From: an uncultured delta proteobacterium
Lineage (GTDB): Bacteria > Desulfobacterota > Desulfobacteria > Desulfobacterales > B30-G6
Reading direction: 5' to 3'
DNA length: 64,000 nt
Assembly: GCA_963823335.1 (NCBI GenBank)
Contig: CAWGLD010000005.1
Span: forward strand, 416,001 to 480,000
The translations under genes were made by a program, and so were the position numbers. The notes under the pieces were generated by a model. The model searched no databases. It had not been told where the DNA came from and saw nothing but the letters and a program-made list of their open reading frames with translations. Shown one piece after another: positions 46,249-55,914 of this stretch; position 1 is the stretch's first letter; every line of letters starts with the position of its first letter.

Positions 46249-48362
46249 TTACTCTTTCAATATGTGAAACGCGATATCAATTTCAGTGCCATTGGTTCTG
46301 TTGATCTGTAGATCTCCTTTTAACTGCGTCAAAACAAGATCCCGGACCAGTTTTATTCCCAAAGTTTCCGTTTTGTCGATATCGACATGATCAGGGATCC
46401 CGATACCGTTGTCCGTGATGTTCAGATGAAGTCTTGGGCCTTTTATCTCCTCAAGTGATATTGAAATTTTGCCACTGTTTAATCCGTCAAAGGCGTGTTT
46501 GTAGGCGTTGGAGATAATTTCGTTGACAACCAGTGCGCAGGGGATGGCTTGGGTGACGGACAAATAGATATCCTCAACCTTGATGTTGAGACGTATATCC
46601 CTGTCACTCTGATGCATCTGTGCCAACTGAGCAATTAGGTCCCGAATATACCGGCCCATATTGATTTCATCAAACCGGTCGCTTTGATAGAGTTGCGAAT
46701 GTATCAGTGACATGGTGAATATTTTAGCATGTGCTTCTGAAAGCATATCTTCGGTTTCGGGATGTTTTGCGCGACGTTTACTCATGTCTAATAGACTCGA
46801 AATGACCTGCAGGTTGTTTTTTACCCTGTGGTGAACTTCTTTGATAAGCACATCCTTTTCCTTGATGGATGTCCTGAGTCGATTTTCGGTTTTCAACCTT
46901 TCCGCGATTTCCAGGTTCAGTTCACGGTTCAGTTCCTCCAATTCGGATGTTCGTTTCTCCACACGAAGCTCGAGGTCATCGTGTGAGCGCTGAAGCTCTT
47001 CTTGGATGGCTCGTAGTTTTTGAAAAGAGCGGACATTGTTGATGCCGACCGCTATCTGAGAGGCCACGCCGATCAGGAAGCTCATATCACTCTGCGTTAG
47101 CTGCTTTTTCATTTCGATATTTTCAACCACCAGAATGCCAAGACTCATTTTTTCGTAAATTATGGGAACGCAAATAATCGATTTGGTTCCAATTTGCTTA
47201 AATAAATCCATATCCACGGATTCATTTTCTTCTAAACGGCCCATCCGATTCTGCAGGCATGGCTCTTGCGAACGGAAAGCATTTATGATGACACTGTTGT
47301 GACTGATGTCGTTTTCGTTGAAATTCGCAGAGACGAGAGTCCCTTTCATTTCATTCTCATAGCCAATACCTGTGTGGTAGCGGAGAGTTTCACGTGTTTC
47401 ATTCGCCAACAGTATCATTGCGCGGTCGTATGTGAGATGCCGCATGATGCTTTCCATCACGTCCCGGATCAATAGGTCGATGTCAACAATCGTCGATGTC
47501 ACCTGCCCAATTTCTTGGACCAGTAAGGAATTACTATGGCGAATGTTGATTTCGTTGACCAGTTCTTTGGCGGCATTGCCCTGTGCTTTAATGGTATTGT
47601 ACAGTTCCTTTTTTTCAATTTTTTCGGAATAGTTTGAAAGAAGTAAAGCGATGAAGATGAGACTCAAGATTAAAATGATCCAGATATTGAAAGAGAGGAA
47701 GAAAAAAGAGAATGGGGCCTGATAAAGCGATGCCAAAGAAGCAGATAGTTTCTAAACAATTTCAGCACTAAGGAGGGCGTTTTATCCCATTCAATAACAT
47801 ATCGACAGTGTTTGTCACCGTTGTGAAAGCAGTGTGTTTCATTGATGTTGGCATATTGGCCGGTGAATGCTTTTGCGAGAGATTCAAAAGTTCCTTTCCT
47901 ATTTAAACATTGGTAGGGTTTTTCAACGGTCTTTTTACTGGGTGTTACAGTGATTTCTACCTTATTTGGACCTAATTTGATTGCGTTTGCTTTGGCTCCC
48001 CTGGTCATAATACGGTAAAATGTTTCGACCATCAAATATACTGACAAGGGGTTCATTAAACCTAAACCATACTGTTTCACCGCTCCAGCGCTTTCGGAAG
48101 ATGTAATAAAACGACCGACTTCTCTTGGGAGATCTGGATTTCCTGACTCTTTAACAGCGTGTTCATGAAAACGGTCGACCTGTGTTTGTGTAAACCAGTG
48201 CCCAGGATCCTCAACTTCGTAGCGGGTCATCCCGGAATATTCCAAGATAGTGTCTATCTTGATATCCGGATAGAATTTCTGAAGATACTCGACATATGTA
48301 TTGGTGATCCGGCTGCTGTACAGGGGCACATCATCTTGCTGTTTCATAGAATTATCTGGCAT
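46249..48362 (-). pseudogene. Frameshifted membrane sensor kinase: V4R/HNOB-like N-terminus, 2 TM, GAF, HisKA_2, HATPase
   Basis: ORFs 47670-48362 and 46249-47736 overlap out of frame in the TM region; C-terminal part has EVHHRVKNNLQ, NEIISNAYKHAF and DNGIG. Confidence 0.7.
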
Positions 48363-48379
48363 CTGTTTGTAGCGTTAAT

Positions 48380-48904
48380 CTATTTTATCGAAATCTCAAA
48401 AAGAGGGTGTTCAACTTGGTCGATTACACGTATCGATGTTCTACCAACACGCTGAACTTTTAGCAGCATAAAAGGGCTTGTCACTGTCTGGGTCAACAAA
48501 ACGCCTTCATCCGGAACTTTCCAGAAAATATTGATAACAGCCTGCTTATGAATCACACGAGACAAAGAGGGGCTGAAGTCAATTGCATATCCACCCGTCG
48601 GCTTTTGGCCCATTTCCAGAAATAATACACCATATACATCAAAATCAATATCCGGTGGTGCTACAGCATCTTTTAAATGGCGTTTGTTCAAATTGGAATA
48701 TACTTGTTCCAGGTCCAGACGATTTGTGATCCAAAGAGCGGAAGGGCCATGCATCGTACGTGTGCCGTATACACCGCTGTATAGCAGTTCTGCAGGCTTT
48801 GAGCCATCACCGGCGCTATCCTGTTGCGTAAGCAGGCAACCTGAAAGCAACCCTAAAAGAATGATCAGGAGAAATCGAAAATATCGAAAGATTGTATTTC
48901 TCAT
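48380..48904 (-). CDS. Lipoprotein with PrcB C-terminal-like domain
   Basis: Lipobox LSG-C; MGQKPTGGYAI...TQTVTSPFMLLKV. Confidence 0.8.
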   Translation of the reverse strand: MRNTIFRYFRFLLIILLGLLSGCLLTQQDSAGDGSKPAELLYSGVYGTRTMHGPSALWITNRLDLEQVYSNLNKRHLKDAVAPPDIDFDVYGVLFLEMGQKPTGGYAIDFSPSLSRVIHKQAVINIFWKVPDEGVLLTQTVTSPFMLLKVQRVGRTSIRVIDQVEHPLFEISIK

Positions 48905-48908
48905 ACGC

Positions 48909-51515
48909 TTATTTTGTTCTCATCCTTTTTACGTCTGGATGGTGCTTGACAGTGTCGGCTGATAACCCCGCTGGCAGATCGACATTGAAAGAAGTGTTGA
49001 AATCAATGCCACCAAGATCCTTGTTAACATGGATAGCTGTTGGCTGATCCAAAGAATTATAGGCACCGGAAGATTCTCCGGCGTCACCGATAAGAAAATC
49101 ATTATCGGAGTCTGTACCGGCAAAGACAATGTAATCACCTTCCGAAACCGAAGGGAATTTGTAGGCATAGGACCCATTAATGGCGATTGCTTCATCATAG
49201 TAGTGAGTTAGGTAGGTATTGGCATCAAGAAGCAATACATAATGAAATCCCGAATCGCCTGAAACCGCTATGCTCCCTGTGAACATGGTCACTGACAGGC
49301 CGACTTCGTTTTCACTCGAATCAAAGGTAATCGTTGCGTAATAGGGCCCGTCTGGTAATCCACTGCGATTGACAGCCACCGTGTAGGTGCCGAGACCATC
49401 ACCATCGACAATATTGGGCGTTACCGTCAGCCAGTCGGCATTGTCGGTAACGCTCTGAACCGTCAAGAAGTTGTCATTTGATTTGTTTACAGTTAACAGT
49501 ATTTCTTCCGTTTCATTCCCAAAATTCAGAGATAGCGGGTTGATAATCAGAAATGATGGGATTTGCCCCGGATCTGCTGCCGCCAGGACGGCCTTGTATG
49601 CGTCGATGAGCCCATAGCCAAAGTTATTATCCCTTATTGTGGGTCCATTTCCGGCCAGATCTTCTGTAATGACACCTTGACTTATAAGTATGTCCAACGC
49701 ATCAGGGGTCAATTCAGGATATATGGATTTCATCAGCGCAACAACGCCAGCCACATGGGGTGATGCCATGGAGGTGCCCTGGGCGTAGCTGTAAACATTC
49801 TGAATTGTGCCCCCCGGAGATGAATCATCGCCGCTGGTGCTCAAAACACCGTCGCCATAGCCGTCGTTGTTGATATCCTTGGAGAAGTCGCCTCCGGGAG
49901 CTGCCACATCGATGGTCGTACCATAGTTGGAATAGGGTGCCAGTTCCTTTTCAGGTCCCACAGCACTGACTGAGACAACACCTTCGTAGGCCGCAGGATA
50001 ATTGAGGGCACTGCTATCTTCGTTGCCTGCCGCAGCGATGATGATAACACCTGTCGAACGAACCTGCTCGACAATATCCTGTTCAGACCGAGAGAAAGAT
50101 CTTCCCCCTAAACTCATGTTGACAATGTCTGCCCGTTGGTTGGGAGTAGTGCCTGAATCATTGTCCAGCCCTGCGGCGTACAGCATTGCTTCCATGATGT
50201 CTGAACTGAGACCGCCGCCCACGCCCAAGGCTCTCAACGGCATGATGGTGGATTGAAATGCGATACCGGCTACACCCATAGCGTTATCGGAGGCAGCGCC
50301 GATGGTGCCGGATACATGCGTACCGTGAAAGGAGCTTCCGCCTTGATTATTATCGCCCACGTCCTCGGGATTATCGTCAATGCCGTCGCCATCCTGTGAG
50401 ATTTTATTTGAACTGATGAAATCATAGCCGTCCGGCGACAGTTGTCCTTGTATATCGGGATGCCCTGATAAAATACCCGTATCGATGACTGCTACGATGA
50501 CATCGCTGTTACCCTGGGTGATGTCCCAGGCCTGGGGAAGATTGATCAAGGGATAATGCCACTGCTTGGCATAGTGGGTATCGTTGGGCACAAAAAATGG
50601 GCGCCGGATATAGTTGGGCTCTGCATAACGAATACCCGGGTCGCGATTCAAAGCATCGATGACTCGCAGGGTGTCCAGTTTGAGCTGTTGGTCTTCATTA
50701 CGGGTCTGATAAAGAGCCCTGTTGGTTTCCGGAGGGGCTATTCTTAATTCCTGGAAAACCTGTTGTCTACTTTCCGGTGTGAATTGGTACAAGCGGGTGC
50801 TGCCGTGTCTCATAGCCGTGTTCGACATGGACGAAAAGAATGTCCGTCTTGGTGATAGGCTGGTTTGCTTGTCTGTTCTTGTTTCTTTGCGGAAGGCAAC
50901 GATGATGTGCCCGGGTGCAAATTCGTCATTCATTCGTGGATCGAGAACATTTGCAGACGCAATGGGTTGACCGACAGTCAAGATATAATTGGACGCACCT
51001 TGAAGTGCGCTTACTTCGATATAAAAATCTCCGGCCGCAGGCGCAGTTACTGTTTCCGTCGCGCCGGTACCAGTGGAACTATCCACAATACTTTCATTTT
51101 TATCGTACAAGTATAAATCAAAATCCGGTTGCGTGTCCGAATAATCGGCGATGTAAAGGGTAATGGTTTGATTGCTGGTTAACGTTACCGAATAAAAATC
51201 CTTTAGATCACCACTGGAATAAGAACGCCCCACCTGTCCACCATCACCGACCCATCCAGTTCCGGGAGTATTGACATAACCTCCTAAAATAGCCGGGTTT
51301 GGTATTGTTTGAGCATCAGCAAATGTATCATTGCTATCATAGTCAGCATAAATATCATTGACATCGCTGTCTATGAAGGAGTTGTTTGCCGCCAGGATAG
51401 CTCCGCTGACTGAATATGTCTCGGTATTGCCACCACCACCACCACCACACCCAAAAAGATAAGACAAAAGCAAGATAGCAATAGTGTTATTGATCCATAT
51501 CGAATATTTTTTCAT
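48909..51515 (-). CDS. S8 subtilase lipoprotein with PPC and Ig-like accessory domains
   Basis: Lipobox LFG-C with Gly linker; VAVIDTG, HGTHVSG, AAAGN and GTSMASPHVAG catalytic motifs. Confidence 0.93.
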   Translation of the reverse strand: MKKYSIWINNTIAILLLSYLFGCGGGGGGNTETYSVSGAILAANNSFIDSDVNDIYADYDSNDTFADAQTIPNPAILGGYVNTPGTGWVGDGGQVGRSYSSGDLKDFYSVTLTSNQTITLYIADYSDTQPDFDLYLYDKNESIVDSSTGTGATETVTAPAAGDFYIEVSALQGASNYILTVGQPIASANVLDPRMNDEFAPGHIIVAFRKETRTDKQTSLSPRRTFFSSMSNTAMRHGSTRLYQFTPESRQQVFQELRIAPPETNRALYQTRNEDQQLKLDTLRVIDALNRDPGIRYAEPNYIRRPFFVPNDTHYAKQWHYPLINLPQAWDITQGNSDVIVAVIDTGILSGHPDIQGQLSPDGYDFISSNKISQDGDGIDDNPEDVGDNNQGGSSFHGTHVSGTIGAASDNAMGVAGIAFQSTIMPLRALGVGGGLSSDIMEAMLYAAGLDNDSGTTPNQRADIVNMSLGGRSFSRSEQDIVEQVRSTGVIIIAAAGNEDSSALNYPAAYEGVVSVSAVGPEKELAPYSNYGTTIDVAAPGGDFSKDINNDGYGDGVLSTSGDDSSPGGTIQNVYSYAQGTSMASPHVAGVVALMKSIYPELTPDALDILISQGVITEDLAGNGPTIRDNNFGYGLIDAYKAVLAAADPGQIPSFLIINPLSLNFGNETEEILLTVNKSNDNFLTVQSVTDNADWLTVTPNIVDGDGLGTYTVAVNRSGLPDGPYYATITFDSSENEVGLSVTMFTGSIAVSGDSGFHYVLLLDANTYLTHYYDEAIAINGSYAYKFPSVSEGDYIVFAGTDSDNDFLIGDAGESSGAYNSLDQPTAIHVNKDLGGIDFNTSFNVDLPAGLSADTVKHHPDVKRMRTK

Positions 51516-51828
51516 TTGCTTTGTTCCTCAAAACATAGACCGCAACAGAGAGCGTGCTCCTCCTGGTTTGCAAGCGATCCAGGTTTGTCGGGGCCGCGTG
51601 GTAAGCGAGCGGAACTTAGAATTAGCATAATTATAAGCAGTTTGCAATCCAAGCATATATTCGTTACCGGATGCATAGACGCTGCTTCGAAACTTTTATT
51701 CTTGTTGGAATAAATTTTCATGCACAAACGCGCACAACGAAGCATGAAACATAAATTTAATTGAAATGCCATAGCTATCCTCTAAGAAATGGAGCATAAT
51801 AATTTATCACTTGAAGTATAGAAATCTG

Positions 51829-51856
51829 TTGACAATCTCCGATCGATATATATTAT
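51829..51856 (+). promoter_or_regulatory. Putative sigma70 promoter
   Basis: TTGACA-16 nt-TATTAT. Confidence 0.55.
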
Positions 51857-51888
51857 TTGTCAAAAATAATAATCCGAGGTTCGATAAT

Positions 51889-52068
51889 ATGCCGGTATAT
51901 GAATTTAAATGCAGTGAAGGAACGATTACTGAACAATTTGTAAAGATGGGCACAAAAGAGATAGAATGCCCCAAGTGTCATAAAAAAGCCAAGAAAATCA
52001 TATCCCCCTGCACGTTCAACCTGAAGGGCGGTGGCTGGTATGCAGACGGGTACACTAAAAAATCTTAA
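51889..52068 (+). CDS. FmdB-family zinc-ribbon protein (59 aa)
   Basis: MPVYEFKC...CPKC...KIIS...LKGGGWYADGY; GAGG RBS. Confidence 0.85.
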   Translation: MPVYEFKCSEGTITEQFVKMGTKEIECPKCHKKAKKIISPCTFNLKGGGWYADGYTKKS

Positions 52069-52119
52069 TCCATAATCTTCGATGATGGGTTAAGATTTTT
52101 AGTACGCGACTTCGTCGCT
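52058..52119 (-). repeat. R1 variant with extended second hairpin overlapping the stop codon
   Basis: aaaaatcttaatccat...atgggttaagattttt plus cgcgacttcgtcgct. Confidence 0.7.
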
Positions 52120-52137
52120 AATATTTTATGAGATTTG

Positions 52138-52162
52138 GCCACATTAACGGTGTGGCTTTTTT
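52138..52162 (+). terminator. Rho-independent terminator
   Basis: gccaca-ttaacgg-tgtggc-tttttt. Confidence 0.65.
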
Positions 52163-52343
52163 CTTTTTAAGCCATCGATAGACCCGTGGAAGCACAACTC
52201 CTGGATTTTTCGAACCCTTTAGCCAGGACATTTAATTAAATAACCTGTATATATTCTTTCCACATACAAGTTTCTTCATCTTATTTTTCCATCACTACAG
52301 TATTATTGACCGATAGTCCAAAATTGCATCCAAGTATTAAATT

Positions 52344-52454
52344 TGAACCGAAACAGCGAGCGTATTCCCCGCAGCTTGCTACAGGGATAGGGATTTTTGC
52401 CTTTCCAAATGGAGCGACAACGTCGCGTTTTAAAAAATCGTTTCACGATTTTTT
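52344..52454 (+). repeat. R4 fragment (52344-52390) followed by an R1 copy (52413-52454)
   Basis: tgaaccgaaacagcgagcgtattccccgcagcttgct; AGCGACAACGTCGCG..AAAAAATCG-tttca-CGATTTTTT. Confidence 0.75.
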
Positions 52455-52509
52455 GCCTATATTGATGTTTTAGCTCTTGACACACACTATATATTGTGTA
52501 AAACAATGT

Positions 52510-52660
52510 TTGCGCTTAAGTGAAAGAGGTTGCTCACCGGAACCTGAGCTGGACGAAAACTCTGTGCTGATCTGTTAAAATCTGCTTTCCTGTGAATGTT
52601 GATAAGCGCATCCCTGGATAGGGCCCTTGAAGATGTTTTGTCTTCAAGGGCCCTTTTTAT
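52510..52660 (+). ncRNA. Candidate stand-alone small RNA (about 150 nt), family unknown
   Basis: Promoter TTGACA(52477)-16 nt-TAAAAC; closing stem TGCGCTTA/TAAGCGCA; internal GCTCA/TGAGC hairpin; 13-bp terminator plus U-tract; no convincing ORF. Confidence 0.55.
52620..52660 (+). terminator. Strong Rho-independent terminator
   Basis: gggcccttgaaga-tgttttg-tcttcaagggccc-ttttt. Confidence 0.85.
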
Positions 52661-52661
52661 T

Positions 52662-52690
52662 TTGACAAAACTGGTTAAGATCAATATAAA
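52662..52690 (+). promoter_or_regulatory. Putative sigma70 promoter of the IMPase gene
   Basis: TTGACA-17 nt-TATAAA. Confidence 0.6.
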
Positions 52691-52782
52691 AATATAATTG
52701 TTGCCGATTTTATCTGATGCGGCTTGGCCGCTAAAACAATTCAAAACTTCTAATTTAAAATCGATCTTTCGTGGGAGCTTTC

Positions 52783-53580
52783 ATGGCAAGATTTAATAGC
52801 GCTGGGTTGGAAGAGATGAACGCATTTTCATTGGATCTGGTTCAACAGGCAGGAAAGGAAGCCCTCAAATATTATGGCAAAGGCAGATCACACTCCGTTT
52901 TTGATCAGAGCCTTGTCACAGAAGCCGAACTGCGATTGTCGAATTTATTCCAGGAGCAGCTGAACCATCGCTTTCCCGATCATAAAGTTTTCAATAGTGG
53001 CAATATCGGCAATGAATATTCCCATGACAAGAAGAGATATCTCTGGATTTTCGACCCCATTGACGGGGTGGACAACTTCCAGGCCGGTATACCCATCTGG
53101 GGCATGTCGCTGGCACTTCTTGACAATTTCTGGCCTATTTTGGGGCTATTCCACATGCCGGCAACAGGGGATTTATTCCACGCCCAGGCAGACAAGCGTG
53201 CATTCTGGGGCAAAATAAATATCAATGTCAACACCAAGGAAAATGTAGATGACGAAAGTCTGCTGTTGACCTTTTCAAGATTTCATCAGCATTACAGCTG
53301 TAAATTTCCAGGCAAAATAAGGAATTTGGGCTGCACTGCTGCCCACATATGCTATGTGGCCAAGGGCAGGGCAGACGCCGCTGTCATCGCCAATGAGTCG
53401 TACCAGGATCTGGCTGCCACGCGGGTGATAATCGAGGCCGCCGGTGGCAAAATCAGCAAAATGGATGGCAGCGATTTCCATCTGAACGAATATATCGACG
53501 GCGGACGCATACCAGAACATCTTCTGGTGGCGTCACCTGAGAATCTGAAGCAGGTTTTGGCCTACCTGGAAAGAAATTAA
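52783..53580 (+). CDS. Inositol monophosphatase-family protein
   Basis: VTEAE, WIFDPIDGVDNF, RNLGCTAAHICYVAKG, QDLAA..IIEAAGG. Confidence 0.88.
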   Translation: MARFNSAGLEEMNAFSLDLVQQAGKEALKYYGKGRSHSVFDQSLVTEAELRLSNLFQEQLNHRFPDHKVFNSGNIGNEYSHDKKRYLWIFDPIDGVDNFQAGIPIWGMSLALLDNFWPILGLFHMPATGDLFHAQADKRAFWGKININVNTKENVDDESLLLTFSRFHQHYSCKFPGKIRNLGCTAAHICYVAKGRADAAVIANESYQDLAATRVIIEAAGGKISKMDGSDFHLNEYIDGGRIPEHLLVASPENLKQVLAYLERN

Positions 53581-53584
53581 GATA

Positions 53585-53810
53585 GGAATGCTGGGATGCT
53601 TGGAAGCTGTTGTCCGTATACAGCTTAAGAAGGTAGAAAGATTATTTTTACCACAGAGACACAGAGAACACAGAGATTAAATCATTTAGCATGTCGGGAG
53701 ATACCGTCATGCTAAAAACCTCCTGCCATTTCATGGCAAGAGATTCTATCTTATTTGAAATAAAAAAAAGCGACAACGTCGCGTATGATAAAATCGCAAA
53801 GCGAGTTTAT
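53585..53810 (+). repeat. Cluster of repeats: R3 tail (reverse), CACAGAG-type arm with two hairpins, and an R1 copy (53769-53810)
   Basis: atgctgggatgcttggaagctg; ttaccacagagacacagagaacacagag; AGCGACAACGTCGCG..ATAAAATCGC. Confidence 0.7.
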
Positions 53811-53812
53811 TT

Positions 53813-54190
53813 ATGATATCGAATGTAAAAATCGTCGTGGTGGATAAGGACAAGCTGGTCAGGGAATTTACGGTGGATGTGCTGGAATTCTGCGTCAACA
53901 GGGAAGTGCTGGCATTTGACAATGGCGGTGACGCATGGGATTTTATCCAAACGCCTGATAACGCTCATGTCATTATAGTCGATGCAGAAATTCCTATTAT
54001 GAATGGATTCGATCTTTTAAAAAATATCAAAGAGAAATTCCCCGAAAAAATCTGTATAATCATGTCTCATAAGTACCAGAATGAAAAAGTTGCCAAGGAG
54101 CTAGGGGCGGATGCCTTTTTAGCCAAACCGTTTTATATCGATGAGCTTTTTGAGTTGGTACAGCAATATGTTGTAGCTGATAGTAGATAG
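53813..54190 (+). CDS. Single-domain response regulator
   Basis: VVVDKD, IVDAEIPIMNGFDLL, MS, GADAFLAKPF. Confidence 0.88.
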   Translation: MISNVKIVVVDKDKLVREFTVDVLEFCVNREVLAFDNGGDAWDFIQTPDNAHVIIVDAEIPIMNGFDLLKNIKEKFPEKICIIMSHKYQNEKVAKELGADAFLAKPFYIDELFELVQQYVVADSR

Positions 54191-54273
54191 CGGAAAGCTC
54201 ATAGCTCAAAGGCAGTAGGGATCTGGGAGACAGGAGGTCACTATCGGCGCATTGCTCATAGCAACCCTAATAT

Positions 54274-54316
54274 AGCGACGAAGTTCGCGTCTGATAAAAT
54301 CGCGCAGCGATTATAT
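54274..54316 (+). repeat. REP-like double hairpin R1 (degenerate)
   Basis: AGCGACGAAGTTCGCG-tctg-ATAAAATCG-cgcag-CGATTATAT. Confidence 0.7.
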
Positions 54317-54340
54317 TTCAGCATTCAAACCCGCTATCAA

Positions 54341-55384
54341 CTATGCTTCTTCATTTTTGTGTGGTGGTATTATCCCCAGATCACTGATCTTGTACAACAG
54401 TGTTTTATAACTTATTTTCAAGATCTTGGTGGCTTTGCTGCGGTTCCAGCCTGTTTTATCCAGTACGTGGGATATGACCTCTTTTTCAACCCGATCCAGA
54501 GCCGTTTTCCTGATTGTTTTAAGTGAGAAAGAGGGATCGTCGGGCGAATCCTTGCCGTTGAAATCAAGTATTCCTTTGTTGCCTGCGGCATGCTTGTCAG
54601 ATAGCGTCCCCTCCGGCGTATCGGGATTTGCATCTGCCCGGCGGTGCATTTCATCTAGAATTTTTTCGGCGTCACCTAGTACGAGCATGCGTTTGAGAAT
54701 GTTTTGGAGTTCCCGAACATTTCCCGGCCAGGGGTATTTTGTCAATTCATCAATCACAGTATCGCTTGGCTGGATAATCTTATCGGAATTGAAGAGCAGT
54801 GAATATTCTTTTAAGTAGTAATCCACCAGATGAGGAATGTCTTCAGGTCGTTCGCGTAAAGGTTGGATGTAGATTCTGATGATGTTGAGACGATAATAGA
54901 GATCTTCCCTGAATTTACCTTCGGAAATTTCCTTTTCCAGTTCGTGGTTGGTGGCTGCAATGACCCAAGTGTCTGTCGTGAACTCTTTTTCAGAGCCCAG
55001 AGGAGCAAAGGCGCCGCCCTGGAGAACATGCAGCAGTTTTGCCTGAAGGGGAAGGGACATGTCCCCGATTTCGTCGAGCATGAGAACACCTTTGTTGGCC
55101 AGTTCGAACTTGCCCCTTGTCTTTCTATCAGCACCGGTAAAGGCGCCTTTTTCATACCCGAACAGTTCGCTTTCGAGTAGGCCGTCCGGTAGCGCAGCAC
55201 AATTTACTTTGATAAACGGTTTTCCGTTTCTCGAAGATTTTTGATAGAGGGTCTGGGCCACCACTTCCTTGCCAACGCCGCTTTCCCCACAAATCACCGT
55301 ATTCAAACCGGTATCGGCAATGTGGTTGATGACTTCTCGAATTTTTACGATATTTTCGCTTACGCCGATTATTGGACGAGACAT
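54341..55384 (-). CDS. Sigma54 enhancer-binding protein with no N-terminal regulatory domain
   Basis: AAA+ domain starts at about aa 5; GESGVGKE, ESELFGYEKGAFTGA, LDEIG, FREDLYYRL, WPGNVREL; Fis-type HTH. Confidence 0.93.
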   Translation of the reverse strand: MSRPIIGVSENIVKIREVINHIADTGLNTVICGESGVGKEVVAQTLYQKSSRNGKPFIKVNCAALPDGLLESELFGYEKGAFTGADRKTRGKFELANKGVLMLDEIGDMSLPLQAKLLHVLQGGAFAPLGSEKEFTTDTWVIAATNHELEKEISEGKFREDLYYRLNIIRIYIQPLRERPEDIPHLVDYYLKEYSLLFNSDKIIQPSDTVIDELTKYPWPGNVRELQNILKRMLVLGDAEKILDEMHRRADANPDTPEGTLSDKHAAGNKGILDFNGKDSPDDPSFSLKTIRKTALDRVEKEVISHVLDKTGWNRSKATKILKISYKTLLYKISDLGIIPPHKNEEA

Positions 55385-55478
55385 AATTTTACAATTACCT
55401 TCTGATGTTCAATTCAAGAAAAATGGTATTTGCTGTTTGCAAAAAAAAGCGACTGAGTTGCGTCAGATAAAATCAGAC

Positions 55479-55868
55479 TTACGATTTTATTAATAGCTTG
55501 GAAATATGACTTTCCAGTTTATCGAGTTTAAATGGCTTTTCCATCACGAGATCAGCGTGAGCTTCTCGAGCCAGTGATTCGGGTTGTTCCCCATAGCCTG
55601 TGATAGCTATGACCGGGATCGCGGGGTTTCGTTTTTTTATAATTGCGGTAATGGCAACACCGCTGATATTTGGCATAACAAGGTCGGTAATCACCAGATC
55701 AAAATCAACCGTAGCTGCTTCAAGGAGCTTCAAGGCATCCAGACCATTTGAGGCCGATACAACCTCATAACCCTTTTTGTTAAGGAAACCCTTCAGGGAA
55801 ACGAGAATTTCCTCATTGTCATCGATGACCAGTAGCCGATACTTTTTATCCACTTGCTGATACCTCAT
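55479..55868 (-). CDS. Single-domain response regulator
   Basis: LVIDD, ITDLVMPNISG, ITGY, EKPF. Confidence 0.9.
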   Translation of the reverse strand: MRYQQVDKKYRLLVIDDNEEILVSLKGFLNKKGYEVVSASNGLDALKLLEAATVDFDLVITDLVMPNISGVAITAIIKKRNPAIPVIAITGYGEQPESLAREAHADLVMEKPFKLDKLESHISKLLIKS

Positions 55869-55873
55869 TCTAC

Positions 55874-55914
55874 GCGGCAAGGCCGCGACATATAAATTTA
55901 TATAATTAATTTAT
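55874..55914 (+). repeat. REP-like double hairpin R1 (degenerate); a partial copy also lies at 55448-55474
   Basis: GCGGC-AAG-GCCGCG-acat-ATAAATT...AATTTAT. Confidence 0.7.

Noticed and set aside
52544-52560. Hammerhead ribozyme core (CTGA...GAAA)
   Set aside because: Reads CTGAGCT rather than CTGANGA, and the required stems are missing
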